This document shows positions 7,701 to 16,491 of a DNA stretch of 43,999 nt, in pieces. The position numbers and the translations under genes are program-made. Under the pieces are notes generated by a model, which ran no database searches, was not told where the DNA came from, and saw nothing but the letters and a program-made list of their open reading frames with translations. How positions within the stretch are numbered: the stretch's first letter is position 1; the number at the start of each line of letters is the position of its first letter. The DNA is from Candidatus Rokubacteria bacterium RIFCSPLOWO2_02_FULL_72_37 (GTDB taxonomy: Bacteria > Methylomirabilota > Methylomirabilia > Rokubacteriales > CSP1-6): the NCBI GenBank assembly GCA_001790315.1, contig MGCE01000066.1, positions 1 to 43,999 on the forward strand, written 5' to 3'.

Positions 7701-9322
7701 CGCGGCCGCACGAGCTCGAAGACGGTGCGTACGACGTCGTCGTCGTCGGCGGCGGCATGGCAGGGGCGGGTGTCGCCCGCGATCTGGCGCTGCGCGGCGT
7801 GTCGGTCGCGCTGGTCGAGAAGGGCGACTTCGCCTCCGGCACGACGGCCTACTCTTCCAAGCTGATCCACGGCGGCCTGCGCTACCTCGAGCTGTTCGAC
7901 TTCGGCCTGGTCCGCGAGTCGCTGCGCGAGCGGGAGACGCTCGGACGTCTGGCGCCGCACCTCGTGCGGCCGCTCCCGTTTCTGGTTCCCATCTATCGCG
8001 AGTCGTCGCGGAGTCTCGTCAAGGTGCGTCTCGGCCTCAAGCTCTACGACTGGCTGACGCCGGGCCGCCGGCGCGAGCGCTACCGGGTGCTTCCCGCGAT
8101 CGACGCGCTGTCCCTGGAGCCCGCGATCCGCGCGCAGGACCTCCGGGGCGCCGGCTACTACTTCGACGACCTCCTCGTGTACCCGGAGCGGCTCGCCCTC
8201 GAGAACGTGCTCTCCGCGCACCGGCACGGCGCGCGCGCGTTCAACTACGCGCGGGTCGAAGAGGTGCTGCGGGACGCCCGCGGCGAGATCAGCGGCGTGC
8301 GCGTCCGGGACTTCCTCTCGGATCGGGTGGCGCGGCTCCACGCGCGCATCGTGGTGAACGCGACGGGGCCCTGGGTCGACGATCTCCGCGCGCTCGCGGG
8401 AGTGGACGAACGGGGCAAGCGCATCCTGCGGCGCACGAAGGGCATCCACTGCCTGCTGCCGCGACTCACCGAGCGCGCCGTCTACCACAGCACGAGTGAC
8501 GACCGGATGATCTTCGTCATCCCCTGGCGCGACTTCTCGCTCATCGGCACGACCGACACCGACTTCGAGGGCGACCTCGACCGGCTGCACGCGACGCGCG
8601 ACGAGGTCCAGTACCTCCTCGGGGAGGTGCGACACGTCCTGTCGGACCCACGCGTGGCCGTCGAGCACGTGGCGTACACGTACGCCGGCGTGCGTCCACT
8701 CTCGTTCGAGGAGGGTCGGCGCGAGTCGGAGGTCTCGCGCGCGCACGAGGTCGTGGCGGAGGAGCGCGGCCGCTTCCTGTCGATCACGGGGACGAAGCTC
8801 ACGTGCTTCCGGAGCCTGGCCGAGGAGCTCGGCGACCGGGTCGTGCGCGCGCTCGGCCGGAAGGCGCCCGGCCGCACCGGGCGGCTGACGCTCGACGGCG
8901 CCGACGAGGAAGTCGGAGGCGTCGAGGCGCGCGCCTGGCTGGACGTCTCGGCCGAGATGGCGACCTCGGGGCTGCCGCGCGAGACGCTCGAGACGCTGGT
9001 CACGGTCTACGGCCGCGGCTACCGGCGCGTCCTCGACCTCGCGGGCAAGCTCGCGGGCGGCGCGGAGCGGCTCTGCCCGTCGAACCCGGACATCGTCGCG
9101 CAGCTGCACCTGGCGGTGCAGGACGAGCTGACCGTGTCGCTCCAGGACGTCCTGCTGCGCCGCACGGGTCTCGGGACGAGTGGCTGCCAGGGGCTCGACT
9201 GCGCCGAGGCGATCGGCGCGCGGATGGCGCAGCTCCTCGGCTGGAGCCCGCGCCGCCTCGCCGCGGAGCTCGACGCCTATCAGGCGTACGTGGCCCGCTC
9301 GCATCGGTTCAAGACGCCGTAG
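7697..9322 (+). CDS. glpD: FAD-dependent glycerol-3-phosphate dehydrogenase
   Basis: ATGA overlap with the HAD gene. The N-terminus YDVVVVGGGMAGAGVARDLALRGVSVALVEKGDFASGTTAYSSKLIHGGLRYLE is the GlpD dinucleotide-binding signature. 541 aa. Confidence 0.9.
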   Translation: MTRPHELEDGAYDVVVVGGGMAGAGVARDLALRGVSVALVEKGDFASGTTAYSSKLIHGGLRYLELFDFGLVRESLRERETLGRLAPHLVRPLPFLVPIYRESSRSLVKVRLGLKLYDWLTPGRRRERYRVLPAIDALSLEPAIRAQDLRGAGYYFDDLLVYPERLALENVLSAHRHGARAFNYARVEEVLRDARGEISGVRVRDFLSDRVARLHARIVVNATGPWVDDLRALAGVDERGKRILRRTKGIHCLLPRLTERAVYHSTSDDRMIFVIPWRDFSLIGTTDTDFEGDLDRLHATRDEVQYLLGEVRHVLSDPRVAVEHVAYTYAGVRPLSFEEGRRESEVSRAHEVVAEERGRFLSITGTKLTCFRSLAEELGDRVVRALGRKAPGRTGRLTLDGADEEVGGVEARAWLDVSAEMATSGLPRETLETLVTVYGRGYRRVLDLAGKLAGGAERLCPSNPDIVAQLHLAVQDELTVSLQDVLLRRTGLGTSGCQGLDCAEAIGARMAQLLGWSPRRLAAELDAYQAYVARSHRFKTP

Positions 9323-9361
9323 CGCCGCGGGGCGGCTCGGGACCGGGCCCTCGCGGGATCG

Positions 9362-9370
9362 TGGTATACA
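9362..9370 (+). promoter_or_regulatory. Candidate extended -10 promoter element (TGgTATACA) for the first ugp set
   Basis: TG-n-TATACA at 9362..9370 sits in the 86-nt gap after glpD, 38 nt upstream of the ATG. GGAAGGAG provides a Shine-Dalgarno at 9394..9401. There is no convincing -35. A GC-rich imperfect hairpin (about 9325..9356) precedes it. Confidence 0.3.
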
Positions 9371-9408
9371 CTGGCGTCTCGCACCTCGAACACGGAAGGA
9401 GAGGGGTC

Positions 9409-10737
9409 ATGGCCAGGACACTCACGCGCGTTGGCGTCGTCGTCTTTCTCCTCGGCGTCGTCGGGCTCCTCGCGGCGGTTCCGCCCGGGGCCGCCCAGGC
9501 GCCCGTCAAGATCACGCTCTGGCATGCGATGGGCGGTGCGCGCTACGACGCGATCACGAAGGAGATCGCGGCGGGGTTCAACAAGGCCTACCCGGCCTAC
9601 ACGCTGGAGCCGCTCTACACGGGCAGCTACGGCGAGACCGTGACGAAGGCGATCGCGGCCATCCGCGCGGGGAACCCGCCGCACATCGTGCAGGTGTTCG
9701 AGGTCGGGACCCAGACGATGCTCGACTCCGGGGCGATCCTCCCCGTGACCGAGGTGGCGAAGCCGGGCGACATCGACTTCGACGACTACCTCGCGCCGAT
9801 CCTCAACTACTACCAGGTGGGCGGGAAGCTGGCGTCGATGCCGTTCAACTCGTCGACGGCCATCGTCTACTACAACAAGGACGTGTTCCAGAAGGCCGGG
9901 CTCGATCCGTCCAGGCCGCCCGCGACGTACAAGGACGTCGAGGAGATGGGCAAGAAGATCGTCGCATCCGGCGCGGCGCGGGCGGCGATCACGTTCGGCT
10001 GGCCCTCGTGGATGTTGGAGCAGGCGCACGCGATGCACAACCAACCCTACGCGGATCACGGCAACGGCCGCCAGGGGCGCGCGACCCGCGTGCTGTTCAA
10101 CGCGCCGTTCGGCGTCGAGGTGCTCGGCCGGTGGAAGCGGTGGGCGGACGACAAGCTCCTGGCGTACGGCGGGCGCGAGTACGCCCCGAACAAGGCGTTC
10201 CTGTCGGGCGAGGTGGCGATGCTCATGCAGTCCACCTCGCAGGTGACGACGCTCGAGAAGGCCGCGAGGTTCCGCATCGGCACCGGGTTCCTGCCGCGCA
10301 TCGAGGGGCAGCCGGCCGGGAGGTCCGTGATCGGCGGCGCCTCGTTCTGGGTGCTCCGGGGCAAGGGCCGGAGCCCGCAGGAGCTGGACGCGATCGCGAA
10401 GTTCTTCAGGTTCGTCGCGCTCCCCGAGGAGACGGCGAAGTGGCACATGGACACGGGCTACTTCCCGGCGACGAAGACCGCCGTGGCGCTGCTGCGGAAG
10501 CAGGAGTGGTTCGTGAAGCACCCGAACCACGAGACGGCCTTCGAGCAGATCCAGCAGGGGCCCGACACGCCGAACACGCGCGGCGTGCTGCTCGGCAACT
10601 TCGTCCAGATCCGCAACATCACGGACACCGCCATCGAGAAGGCGCTGTCGGCTCGGCTCTCCCCGAAGGAGGCCCTCGACGAGGCGGCGCGCGAGGCGAA
10701 CAAGCTCCTGGACGAGTACAACCGGATCAACAAGTAA
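9409..10737 (+). CDS. ugpB: ABC transporter substrate-binding protein, sn-glycerol-3-phosphate/glycerophosphodiester type (set 1)
   Basis: Signal peptide MARTLTRVGVVVFLLGVVGLLAAVPPGAAQA, then ITLWHAMGG and NPPHIVQVFEVGTQTMLDSGAI, as in UgpB-family binding proteins. Confidence 0.85.
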   Translation: MARTLTRVGVVVFLLGVVGLLAAVPPGAAQAPVKITLWHAMGGARYDAITKEIAAGFNKAYPAYTLEPLYTGSYGETVTKAIAAIRAGNPPHIVQVFEVGTQTMLDSGAILPVTEVAKPGDIDFDDYLAPILNYYQVGGKLASMPFNSSTAIVYYNKDVFQKAGLDPSRPPATYKDVEEMGKKIVASGAARAAITFGWPSWMLEQAHAMHNQPYADHGNGRQGRATRVLFNAPFGVEVLGRWKRWADDKLLAYGGREYAPNKAFLSGEVAMLMQSTSQVTTLEKAARFRIGTGFLPRIEGQPAGRSVIGGASFWVLRGKGRSPQELDAIAKFFRFVALPEETAKWHMDTGYFPATKTAVALLRKQEWFVKHPNHETAFEQIQQGPDTPNTRGVLLGNFVQIRNITDTAIEKALSARLSPKEALDEAAREANKLLDEYNRINK

Positions 10738-10755
10738 CCGGCCGCGGCGCCCGCG

Positions 10756-11637
10756 ATGGAGGGGAGGTTCCCCGGTCGGATCCTGCCGTACGCCCTCCTC
10801 TTCCCCTCCATCGCGGTCATCGCGGTCTTCCTGCTGGTGCCCGCGGTCGAAGCCCTCCGGCTGTCCTTCTTCGAGGTGTCCCCGTTCACCGGACACGGGA
10901 CCTTCGTCGGCCTCGCCAACTTCGGCGAGCTCGTCAGCTCCGAGATCTACCGGCACAGCCTGAAGGTGACGCTGCTCTTCGCGGTCGGCGTGGTGGCGCT
11001 GGGCCTCGCCGGCTCGCTCGCCGTCGCGGTGCTCGCGAGCCTGCGGCTGCCGGGCTTCGGCGTGTACCGGGCGGTGCTGCTCTGGCCCTACGCGCTCTCG
11101 CCCGCCGTGGCGGGGACGATCTGGGCGCTGCTCTTCGACCCGTCCACGGGCCCGGTGACGGTGCTGCTCCGGGCGGTCACGGGCCTCTCGCCGAACTGGA
11201 TGATGGACGGCACGTACGCGCTTGCGGTCACGGTCGTGGCGGCGACCTGGAAGATGCTCGGGTTCAACATCGTCTTCTTCCTCGCCGGGCTCCAGGCCGT
11301 GCCGCAGGAGCTTCGGGAGGCGGCGCAGGTCGACGGCGCCGGCGCCGTGCGCGTCTTCTGGCGGATCACGTTCCCGATCCTCTCGCCGGTGACCTTCTTC
11401 CTCTTCGTGATGAACTCGCTCTACGCTTTCTTCGAGGTCTTCGGCCTGATCGACGTCATGACGCAGGGCGGGCCGGGCGGCGCCACGGAGATCCTCGTCT
11501 ACCGCCTCTACCAGGACGCGTTCATCTCCGCGCGCTGGGGCATCGCCTCGGCGCAGTCGATCCTGCTCTTCGTGATGGTCGGCGTGCTCACGCTCCTCCA
11601 GTTCCGCCTGGCGGGCCGCCGGGTCGTGTATGCCTAG
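10756..11637 (+). CDS. ugpA: ABC transporter permease, UgpA-like (set 1)
   Basis: 293 aa, multi-pass. EAA loop: EAAQVDGAGAVRVFWRITFPILSP. Confidence 0.85.
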   Translation: MEGRFPGRILPYALLFPSIAVIAVFLLVPAVEALRLSFFEVSPFTGHGTFVGLANFGELVSSEIYRHSLKVTLLFAVGVVALGLAGSLAVAVLASLRLPGFGVYRAVLLWPYALSPAVAGTIWALLFDPSTGPVTVLLRAVTGLSPNWMMDGTYALAVTVVAATWKMLGFNIVFFLAGLQAVPQELREAAQVDGAGAVRVFWRITFPILSPVTFFLFVMNSLYAFFEVFGLIDVMTQGGPGGATEILVYRLYQDAFISARWGIASAQSILLFVMVGVLTLLQFRLAGRRVVYA

Positions 11638-12460
11638 GCGGCGGCGCGGCGCCATGCTGGCGGCGCACGTGCTGCTCGCGGCCGCGACGCTCGTGATCGT
11701 CTTCCCGATGCTCTACGCCGTCCAGGTGAGCACGCTCGAGTTCCAGGAGGTGTTCGTGTTCCCGCCGAAGCTCCTGCCCGGCGCGGCGTTCACGGACAAC
11801 CTGCAACGCGCCTGGGAGAAGGTGCACCTGGGCCGGCTCCTCGCCAATTCGGCGGGCATCGCGGTGGCGGTCGCGCTCGGCAAGACCTGCCTGTCCGTGC
11901 TGGCGGCGTTTGCGTTCACCTACTTCCGCGACTTCCCGGGCAAGACGCTGCTCTTCGTCGCGATCCTCGTCACGCACATGCTCCCGCTGCCGGTGCGGAT
12001 CGTGCCGACGTTCCAGCTCATGCACGACTTCGGGTGGGTGAACTCCTACCAGGCGCTGACCGTCCCCTTCTTCGCCAGCGCCACCGGCACGTTGCTCTTC
12101 CGCCAGTTCTTCCTGACGATCCCGCCGGCCCTGTCGGAGGCGGCGCGCGTGGACGGCGCGGGACCCCTGCGCTTCCTGGTGCGCATCCTGCTGCCGCTGT
12201 CGCTCAACAACCTCGCGGCGCTGTTCCTCGTGGAGTTCCTGTACATGTGGAACGAGTATTTGTGGCCGCTCATCGTCACGACGTCGGACGAGATGCGGGT
12301 CGTCCAGATCGGCATCAAGATGCTCGTGGCGACCGACGCCCAGGCGGAGTGGAACCTCATCATGGCGGGCGTGGTGGCGGCGATGGTGCCGCCGCTCCTG
12401 GTGCTGCTCGCGCTCCAGCGGAGCTTCGTGCGCAGCATCTCGCTCGGGCAGGAGAAGTGA
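11630..12460 (+). CDS. ugpE: ABC transporter permease, UgpE-like (set 1)
   Basis: 276 aa, 8-nt overlap with ugpA. EAA loop: EAARVDGAGPLRFLVRILLPLS. Confidence 0.85.
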   Translation: MPRRRRGAMLAAHVLLAAATLVIVFPMLYAVQVSTLEFQEVFVFPPKLLPGAAFTDNLQRAWEKVHLGRLLANSAGIAVAVALGKTCLSVLAAFAFTYFRDFPGKTLLFVAILVTHMLPLPVRIVPTFQLMHDFGWVNSYQALTVPFFASATGTLLFRQFFLTIPPALSEAARVDGAGPLRFLVRILLPLSLNNLAALFLVEFLYMWNEYLWPLIVTTSDEMRVVQIGIKMLVATDAQAEWNLIMAGVVAAMVPPLLVLLALQRSFVRSISLGQEK

Positions 12461-12487
12461 GCGGGGCGGTGGCCGGGCTGGGAGCCG

Positions 12488-12496
12488 TGCTATAGT
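12488..12496 (+). promoter_or_regulatory. Candidate extended -10 promoter element (TGcTATAGT) for the second ugp set
   Basis: TG-n-TATAGT at 12488..12496 in the 97-nt gap between ugpE (set 1) and ugpB (set 2). GAGGAGG provides a Shine-Dalgarno at 12545..12551, ahead of the ATG at 12558. Confidence 0.35.
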
Positions 12497-12557
12497 CCCG
12501 TACCGGTGGCAGTCCCGTTGGCGGTCACGGGGGATCATTGACGCGAGGAGGCGGCTC

Positions 12558-13874
12558 ATGGAGGCGTTCTCGAGGCGTTGGACAGCGCTCGCCGTTGCCG
12601 TCGCGGTGCTCCTCATCGGAACGCCCGCGCAGGCGAAGACCGAGATCCACTTCTGGCACGCGATGGGTGGACAGCTCGGCGCAGCCACAAACGAGCTGGT
12701 GAAGCAGTTCAACCAGAGCCAGTCGGAATACGAGGTCAAGGCTCTCAACAAGGGCACGTACCCCGAGGTCCTGACGGGGGCCATCGCGGCGTACCGGCAG
12801 AAGAACCCGCCCCACATCGTCCAGGTCTTCGACGTCGGCACCCAGACCATGCTCCTCTCGGGCGCGATCTACCCGATCTTCCAGCTCATGAAGGAGCAGG
12901 AGATCGCGGTGAACTGGGGCGACTTCATCAAGCCGGTGACGGGCTACTACTCGAAGGACGGCAACCTCTACTCGATGCCGTTCAACTCGTCGAGCCCGAT
13001 CCTCTACTACAACAAGACGGCCTTCAAGAAGGCGGGCCTCAATCCCGACAAGCCGCCGGCGACGTGGAAGGAAGTCGGCGAGGCCTCGAAGAAGATCATC
13101 GCCGCGGGCGCGGCGAAATGCGGCTTCACCACGTCGTGGCCGTCCTGGACGATGCTCGAGAACACCTTCCCCTGGCACGACCAGCCCTTCGCGACCAACC
13201 AGAACGGCTACACCGGGCTCGACACGAAGCTCCTCATCAACGGCGAGTTTGGCGTGAAGCACATCGGCCAGCTCGCCGCGTGGCAGAAGGAAGGCGTCTA
13301 CTCCTACGGTGGGCGCATGGGGGCGCCGGACACCAAATTCATCAGCGGCGAGTGCGCGATGGACATCCAGTCGTCCGCGGTGATCGGCGGCTTCAAGAAG
13401 TCGCTGAAGTTCGAGTGGGGCACCGGGCAGCTGCCCCACTGGGGTGCGCCCTACAAGAAGCAGAACGCGGTCGTGGGCGGCGCGACGCTGTGGGTGCTGA
13501 AGGGCCAGAAGCCCGCCGACTACAAGGGCGTCGCGCGGTTCATGAAGTTCATCGCCGAGCCCCATCAGCAGATGTGGTGGCACGTCACCACGGGGTACCT
13601 GCCCATCACGCACACGGCGATCAAGAACCTCGAGACCGGCTACCACTTCAAGAAGAACCCCGAGCAGTGGACGGCGCTCAGCCAGCTCTCCGCCAAGCCG
13701 ACGCCGAACAGCCTGGGGCATCGCCTCGGGAACTTCGTGCAGATCCGTGAGGCGATCGAGAGCGAGATGGAGAACATCTTCGCCGGCAAGAAGACGGCGA
13801 AGGAGGGACTCGAGGCCGCGGTCGCGAAGGGCAACGCGATCCTGGGGGAATTCGCCGCGGCCAACAAGCCCTAG
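12558..13874 (+). CDS. ugpB: ABC transporter substrate-binding protein, UgpB-like (set 2, paralog of 9409..10737)
   Basis: Signal peptide MEAFSRRWTALAVAVAVLLIGTPAQA, then IHFWHAMGG and NPPHIVQVFDVGTQTMLLSGAI. Clearly paralogous to set 1. Confidence 0.85.
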   Translation: MEAFSRRWTALAVAVAVLLIGTPAQAKTEIHFWHAMGGQLGAATNELVKQFNQSQSEYEVKALNKGTYPEVLTGAIAAYRQKNPPHIVQVFDVGTQTMLLSGAIYPIFQLMKEQEIAVNWGDFIKPVTGYYSKDGNLYSMPFNSSSPILYYNKTAFKKAGLNPDKPPATWKEVGEASKKIIAAGAAKCGFTTSWPSWTMLENTFPWHDQPFATNQNGYTGLDTKLLINGEFGVKHIGQLAAWQKEGVYSYGGRMGAPDTKFISGECAMDIQSSAVIGGFKKSLKFEWGTGQLPHWGAPYKKQNAVVGGATLWVLKGQKPADYKGVARFMKFIAEPHQQMWWHVTTGYLPITHTAIKNLETGYHFKKNPEQWTALSQLSAKPTPNSLGHRLGNFVQIREAIESEMENIFAGKKTAKEGLEAAVAKGNAILGEFAAANKP

Positions 13875-13890
13875 CCGGGCGCGCGCGCCG

Positions 13891-14775
13891 ATGAAGCGTG
13901 CCGTCTTCAAGAACCGGGGGTTGCCGTATCTGCTGGTGCTGCCTCAGATCGTGGTGACCCTCGTGTTCTTCTTCTGGCCGGCGTTCGAGTCGCTGCGTTT
14001 GTCTTTCTTCCGCACCTCGCCCTTCGGCGACAAGACGTCCTTCGTCGGCCTGGAGAACTTCGTGAACCTCCTGTCGTCGGCGGAGTACTACCAGTCGATC
14101 GCGAACACATTCGTCTTCGCCTTCGGCGTGACCGCGCTCGCGGTTGGCCTCGGCCTGTTCGTGGCCGCGCTCGCCACGCAGAAGGTCCGCGGCCTCGCCG
14201 CCTACCGGACGGCCGTCCTCTGGCCCTACGGGATCGCGCCGCCGATCGCCGGCATCATCTTCCTGTTCATCTTCCACCCCTCGTACGGCGTGCTCCCGTA
14301 CTGGCTCGGGTTCGTGACGTCGTACGAGTTCAACTGGCTGCTGAAGGGGTGGGTGGCGATGGCGCTCGTGATCATCGCGACGGCGTGGACCCACGTCGGC
14401 TACAACATCGCCTTCTTCCTGGCCGGGCTGCTCGCGATCCCGACCTCGGTGCTGGAGGCCGCGAGCGTCGATGGTGCCGGCGCCCTCCGGCGCTTCAGGT
14501 CCATCGTCCTCCCGCTGCTCTCGCCCATCACCTTCTACCTCGTCGTCGTCAACCTGATCTTCTCGTTCTTTGGCTCGTTCGGGGTGATCCACGCCGTCAC
14601 CCAGGGGGGTCCGGGGAACGCCACGGAGATCATGGTCTTCAAGGTCTACAAGGACGGTTTCATCGGCCTCAATCTCGGTTCGTCCGCCGCCCAGTCCGTG
14701 CTGCTGATGTTCGTGGTCATCGTGCTGACCGCACTGCAGTTCAGGTTCGTCGAGAAGAAGGTAATCTACTCGTGA
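13891..14775 (+). CDS. ugpA: ABC transporter permease, UgpA-like (set 2)
   Basis: ATG at 13891 (MKRAVFKNRGLPYLLVLPQIVVTLVFFFWP). EAA loop: EAASVDGAGALRRFRSIVLPLLSP. Confidence 0.85.
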   Translation: MKRAVFKNRGLPYLLVLPQIVVTLVFFFWPAFESLRLSFFRTSPFGDKTSFVGLENFVNLLSSAEYYQSIANTFVFAFGVTALAVGLGLFVAALATQKVRGLAAYRTAVLWPYGIAPPIAGIIFLFIFHPSYGVLPYWLGFVTSYEFNWLLKGWVAMALVIIATAWTHVGYNIAFFLAGLLAIPTSVLEAASVDGAGALRRFRSIVLPLLSPITFYLVVVNLIFSFFGSFGVIHAVTQGGPGNATEIMVFKVYKDGFIGLNLGSSAAQSVLLMFVVIVLTALQFRFVEKKVIYS

Positions 14776-15671
14776 GCGCGGACGGTGCGCTCACGGCTTC
14801 CGCGCGCGTCGAGGCGCTGCCACGGATTGCGGAGGCGCCGCGGCGCGCGCCGGTCGATTGGGGTGCCGTCGCGGTCCACGCGCTCCTGCTGCTCTGTGTC
14901 GCCGTGATCGCGTTCCCGCTCTACTACGCGTTCGTAATCTCCACGCAGACGGTCGAGGAAGTCATCGCACGGCCGCCGATGCTGAGTCCGTCGGGGCACA
15001 TGTTCGAAAACTACGTCGAGGCGTGGACTCGCGCCCATATGGCGCGGCTGCTCTGGAACAGTGCCATCGTGGCGGTCGTGTCGGCGGTCGGCAAGATCGC
15101 CATCTCGGTGCTGTCGGCCTTCGCCATCGTGTACTTCGACTTCCGCGGAAAGGCTGTCGCGTTCTGGATGATCTTCGTCACACTGATGCTGCCGGTTGAA
15201 GTCCGGATCATGTCCACTTACGAGGTGATCGGCGACCTGGGCTGGCTCAACTCGTACGCCGGGCTCACGGTCCCCCTCATGGCCTCGGCCACCGCGACGT
15301 TCCTGTTCCGGCAGTTCTATCTCACGGTCCCGAACGAGCTCGTGGAGGCGGCGCAGCTCGATGGCGTCGGGCCCCTGCGCTTCTTGTGGTCGTTCCTCCT
15401 ACCGCTGTCGTGGGCCAACATCGCGGCGCTCTTCGTCGTGCTGTTCATCTACGGCTGGAACCAGTATCTCTGGCCGCTCATGATCACCAACACCGAGGCC
15501 ATGCGCGTCGTCGTCATCGGGCTGCAGGACCTCATCCCTCGAACCGGCACCCACATCCCGGAGTGGAACGTCATGATGGCCGCGGCGATGATGGCGCTGC
15601 TCCCCCCCGTGGCCGTGATCCTCTTCATGCAGCGCTGGTTCGTGAAGGGACTGATCGAGAGTGAGAAGTAG
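14772..15671 (+). CDS. ugpE: ABC transporter permease, UgpE-like (set 2)
   Basis: GTG at 14772 in a GTGA overlap with ugpA (set 2). EAA loop: EAAQLDGVGPLRFLWSFLLPLS. The start is uncertain by some tens of codons. Confidence 0.8.
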   Translation: MSADGALTASARVEALPRIAEAPRRAPVDWGAVAVHALLLLCVAVIAFPLYYAFVISTQTVEEVIARPPMLSPSGHMFENYVEAWTRAHMARLLWNSAIVAVVSAVGKIAISVLSAFAIVYFDFRGKAVAFWMIFVTLMLPVEVRIMSTYEVIGDLGWLNSYAGLTVPLMASATATFLFRQFYLTVPNELVEAAQLDGVGPLRFLWSFLLPLSWANIAALFVVLFIYGWNQYLWPLMITNTEAMRVVVIGLQDLIPRTGTHIPEWNVMMAAAMMALLPPVAVILFMQRWFVKGLIESEK

Positions 15672-16491
15672 GTGGGCGGCGGCCACCGCGCTCGTGCTCG
15701 CCGTCACGGCGCTCGGCGCCGTGGCTGAGCGTCCCGCCGCCGGGTCCGGGCCCAGGATCGCCGCCCACCGGGGGGGCGCGCGGCTCTGGCCGGAGAACAG
15801 CCTGCTTGCGTTCCGCAACGCCCTCGCCCTCGGCGTCGACTTCGTCGAGACGGACGTCCACCTGACCGCGGACGGCGAGCCGGTCGTGATCCACGACCCG
15901 ACACTCGAGCGGACGACCACTGGAACGGGGACCGTGCGCGCGGCCCGCCTCGCGGACCTCGCGCCGGTCCGCCTGAAAGGCGCCGACGGGGCGCCGACGG
16001 CCGAGCCCGTGCCGACCCTCGCCCAGCTCCTCGATCTGCTGGCGCCGGCGCGCGTCGAGCTGCTCCTCGAGATCAAGGTGGACGCCGCGCGCGAGCGCTA
16101 CGCGGGGATCGAGGAGAAGGTGCTGGGCCTGCTGCGGGCGCGCGGGCTCGCCGACCGGACCATCGTCATGGCCTTCGAGCCGGAGACGCTCGCGCGCGTG
16201 CGCGCCCTCGACCCGGCGCTTCGCATGGCGCTGCTCATCGGCGGCGGGCGCGCCGGCCGCCCGACACCGGAGCAGATCGTCGAGTGGGCCCGACGGGCGG
16301 GCGCGACCCACCTCGGCCTCAACCATCGGCTCGTGGACGCCGACGTGGTGGATGCCGCGCGCCGGGCGCGGATCCCGCTCGCCGCCTGGACGGTCAATGA
16401 GGAGGCGGACCTCCGCCGCGTCGTGGCCCTCGGCGTCGACGTCGTCATCAGCGATCGGCCCGACCTCGCGCGGCGCCTCGTCGGGCGATGA
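15661..16491 (+). CDS. glpQ: Secreted glycerophosphodiester phosphodiesterase
   Basis: Signal-like N-terminus [22 protein letters not shown], then [19 protein letters not shown] and [18 protein letters not shown], the GDPD catalytic motifs. 11-nt overlap with ugpE. Confidence 0.85.
   Translation: MRSRWAAATALVLAVTALGAVAERPAAGSGPRIAAHRGGARLWPENSLLAFRNALALGVDFVETDVHLTADGEPVVIHDPTLERTTTGTGTVRAARLADLAPVRLKGADGAPTAEPVPTLAQLLDLLAPARVELLLEIKVDAARERYAGIEEKVLGLLRARGLADRTIVMAFEPETLARVRALDPALRMALLIGGGRAGRPTPEQIVEWARRAGATHLGLNHRLVDADVVDAARRARIPLAAWTVNEEADLRRVVALGVDVVISDRPDLARRLVGR

Noticed and set aside
9180-11696. Long same-strand alternative-frame ORFs: 9180..11696, 20617..23217, 12578..13750 and 35672..37366. 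Also the long N-terminal extensions of track ORFs 1408..4224, 3030..5681, 6162..7700, 6827..9322, 8803..10737, 27084..28652 and 27677..29908.
   Set aside because: These are Arg/Gly/Pro/Ala-rich low-complexity translations that overlap well-supported genes in another frame. The real starts were placed where the recognisable protein begins, usually at an ATGA/GTGA stop-start overlap or after a Shine-Dalgarno.
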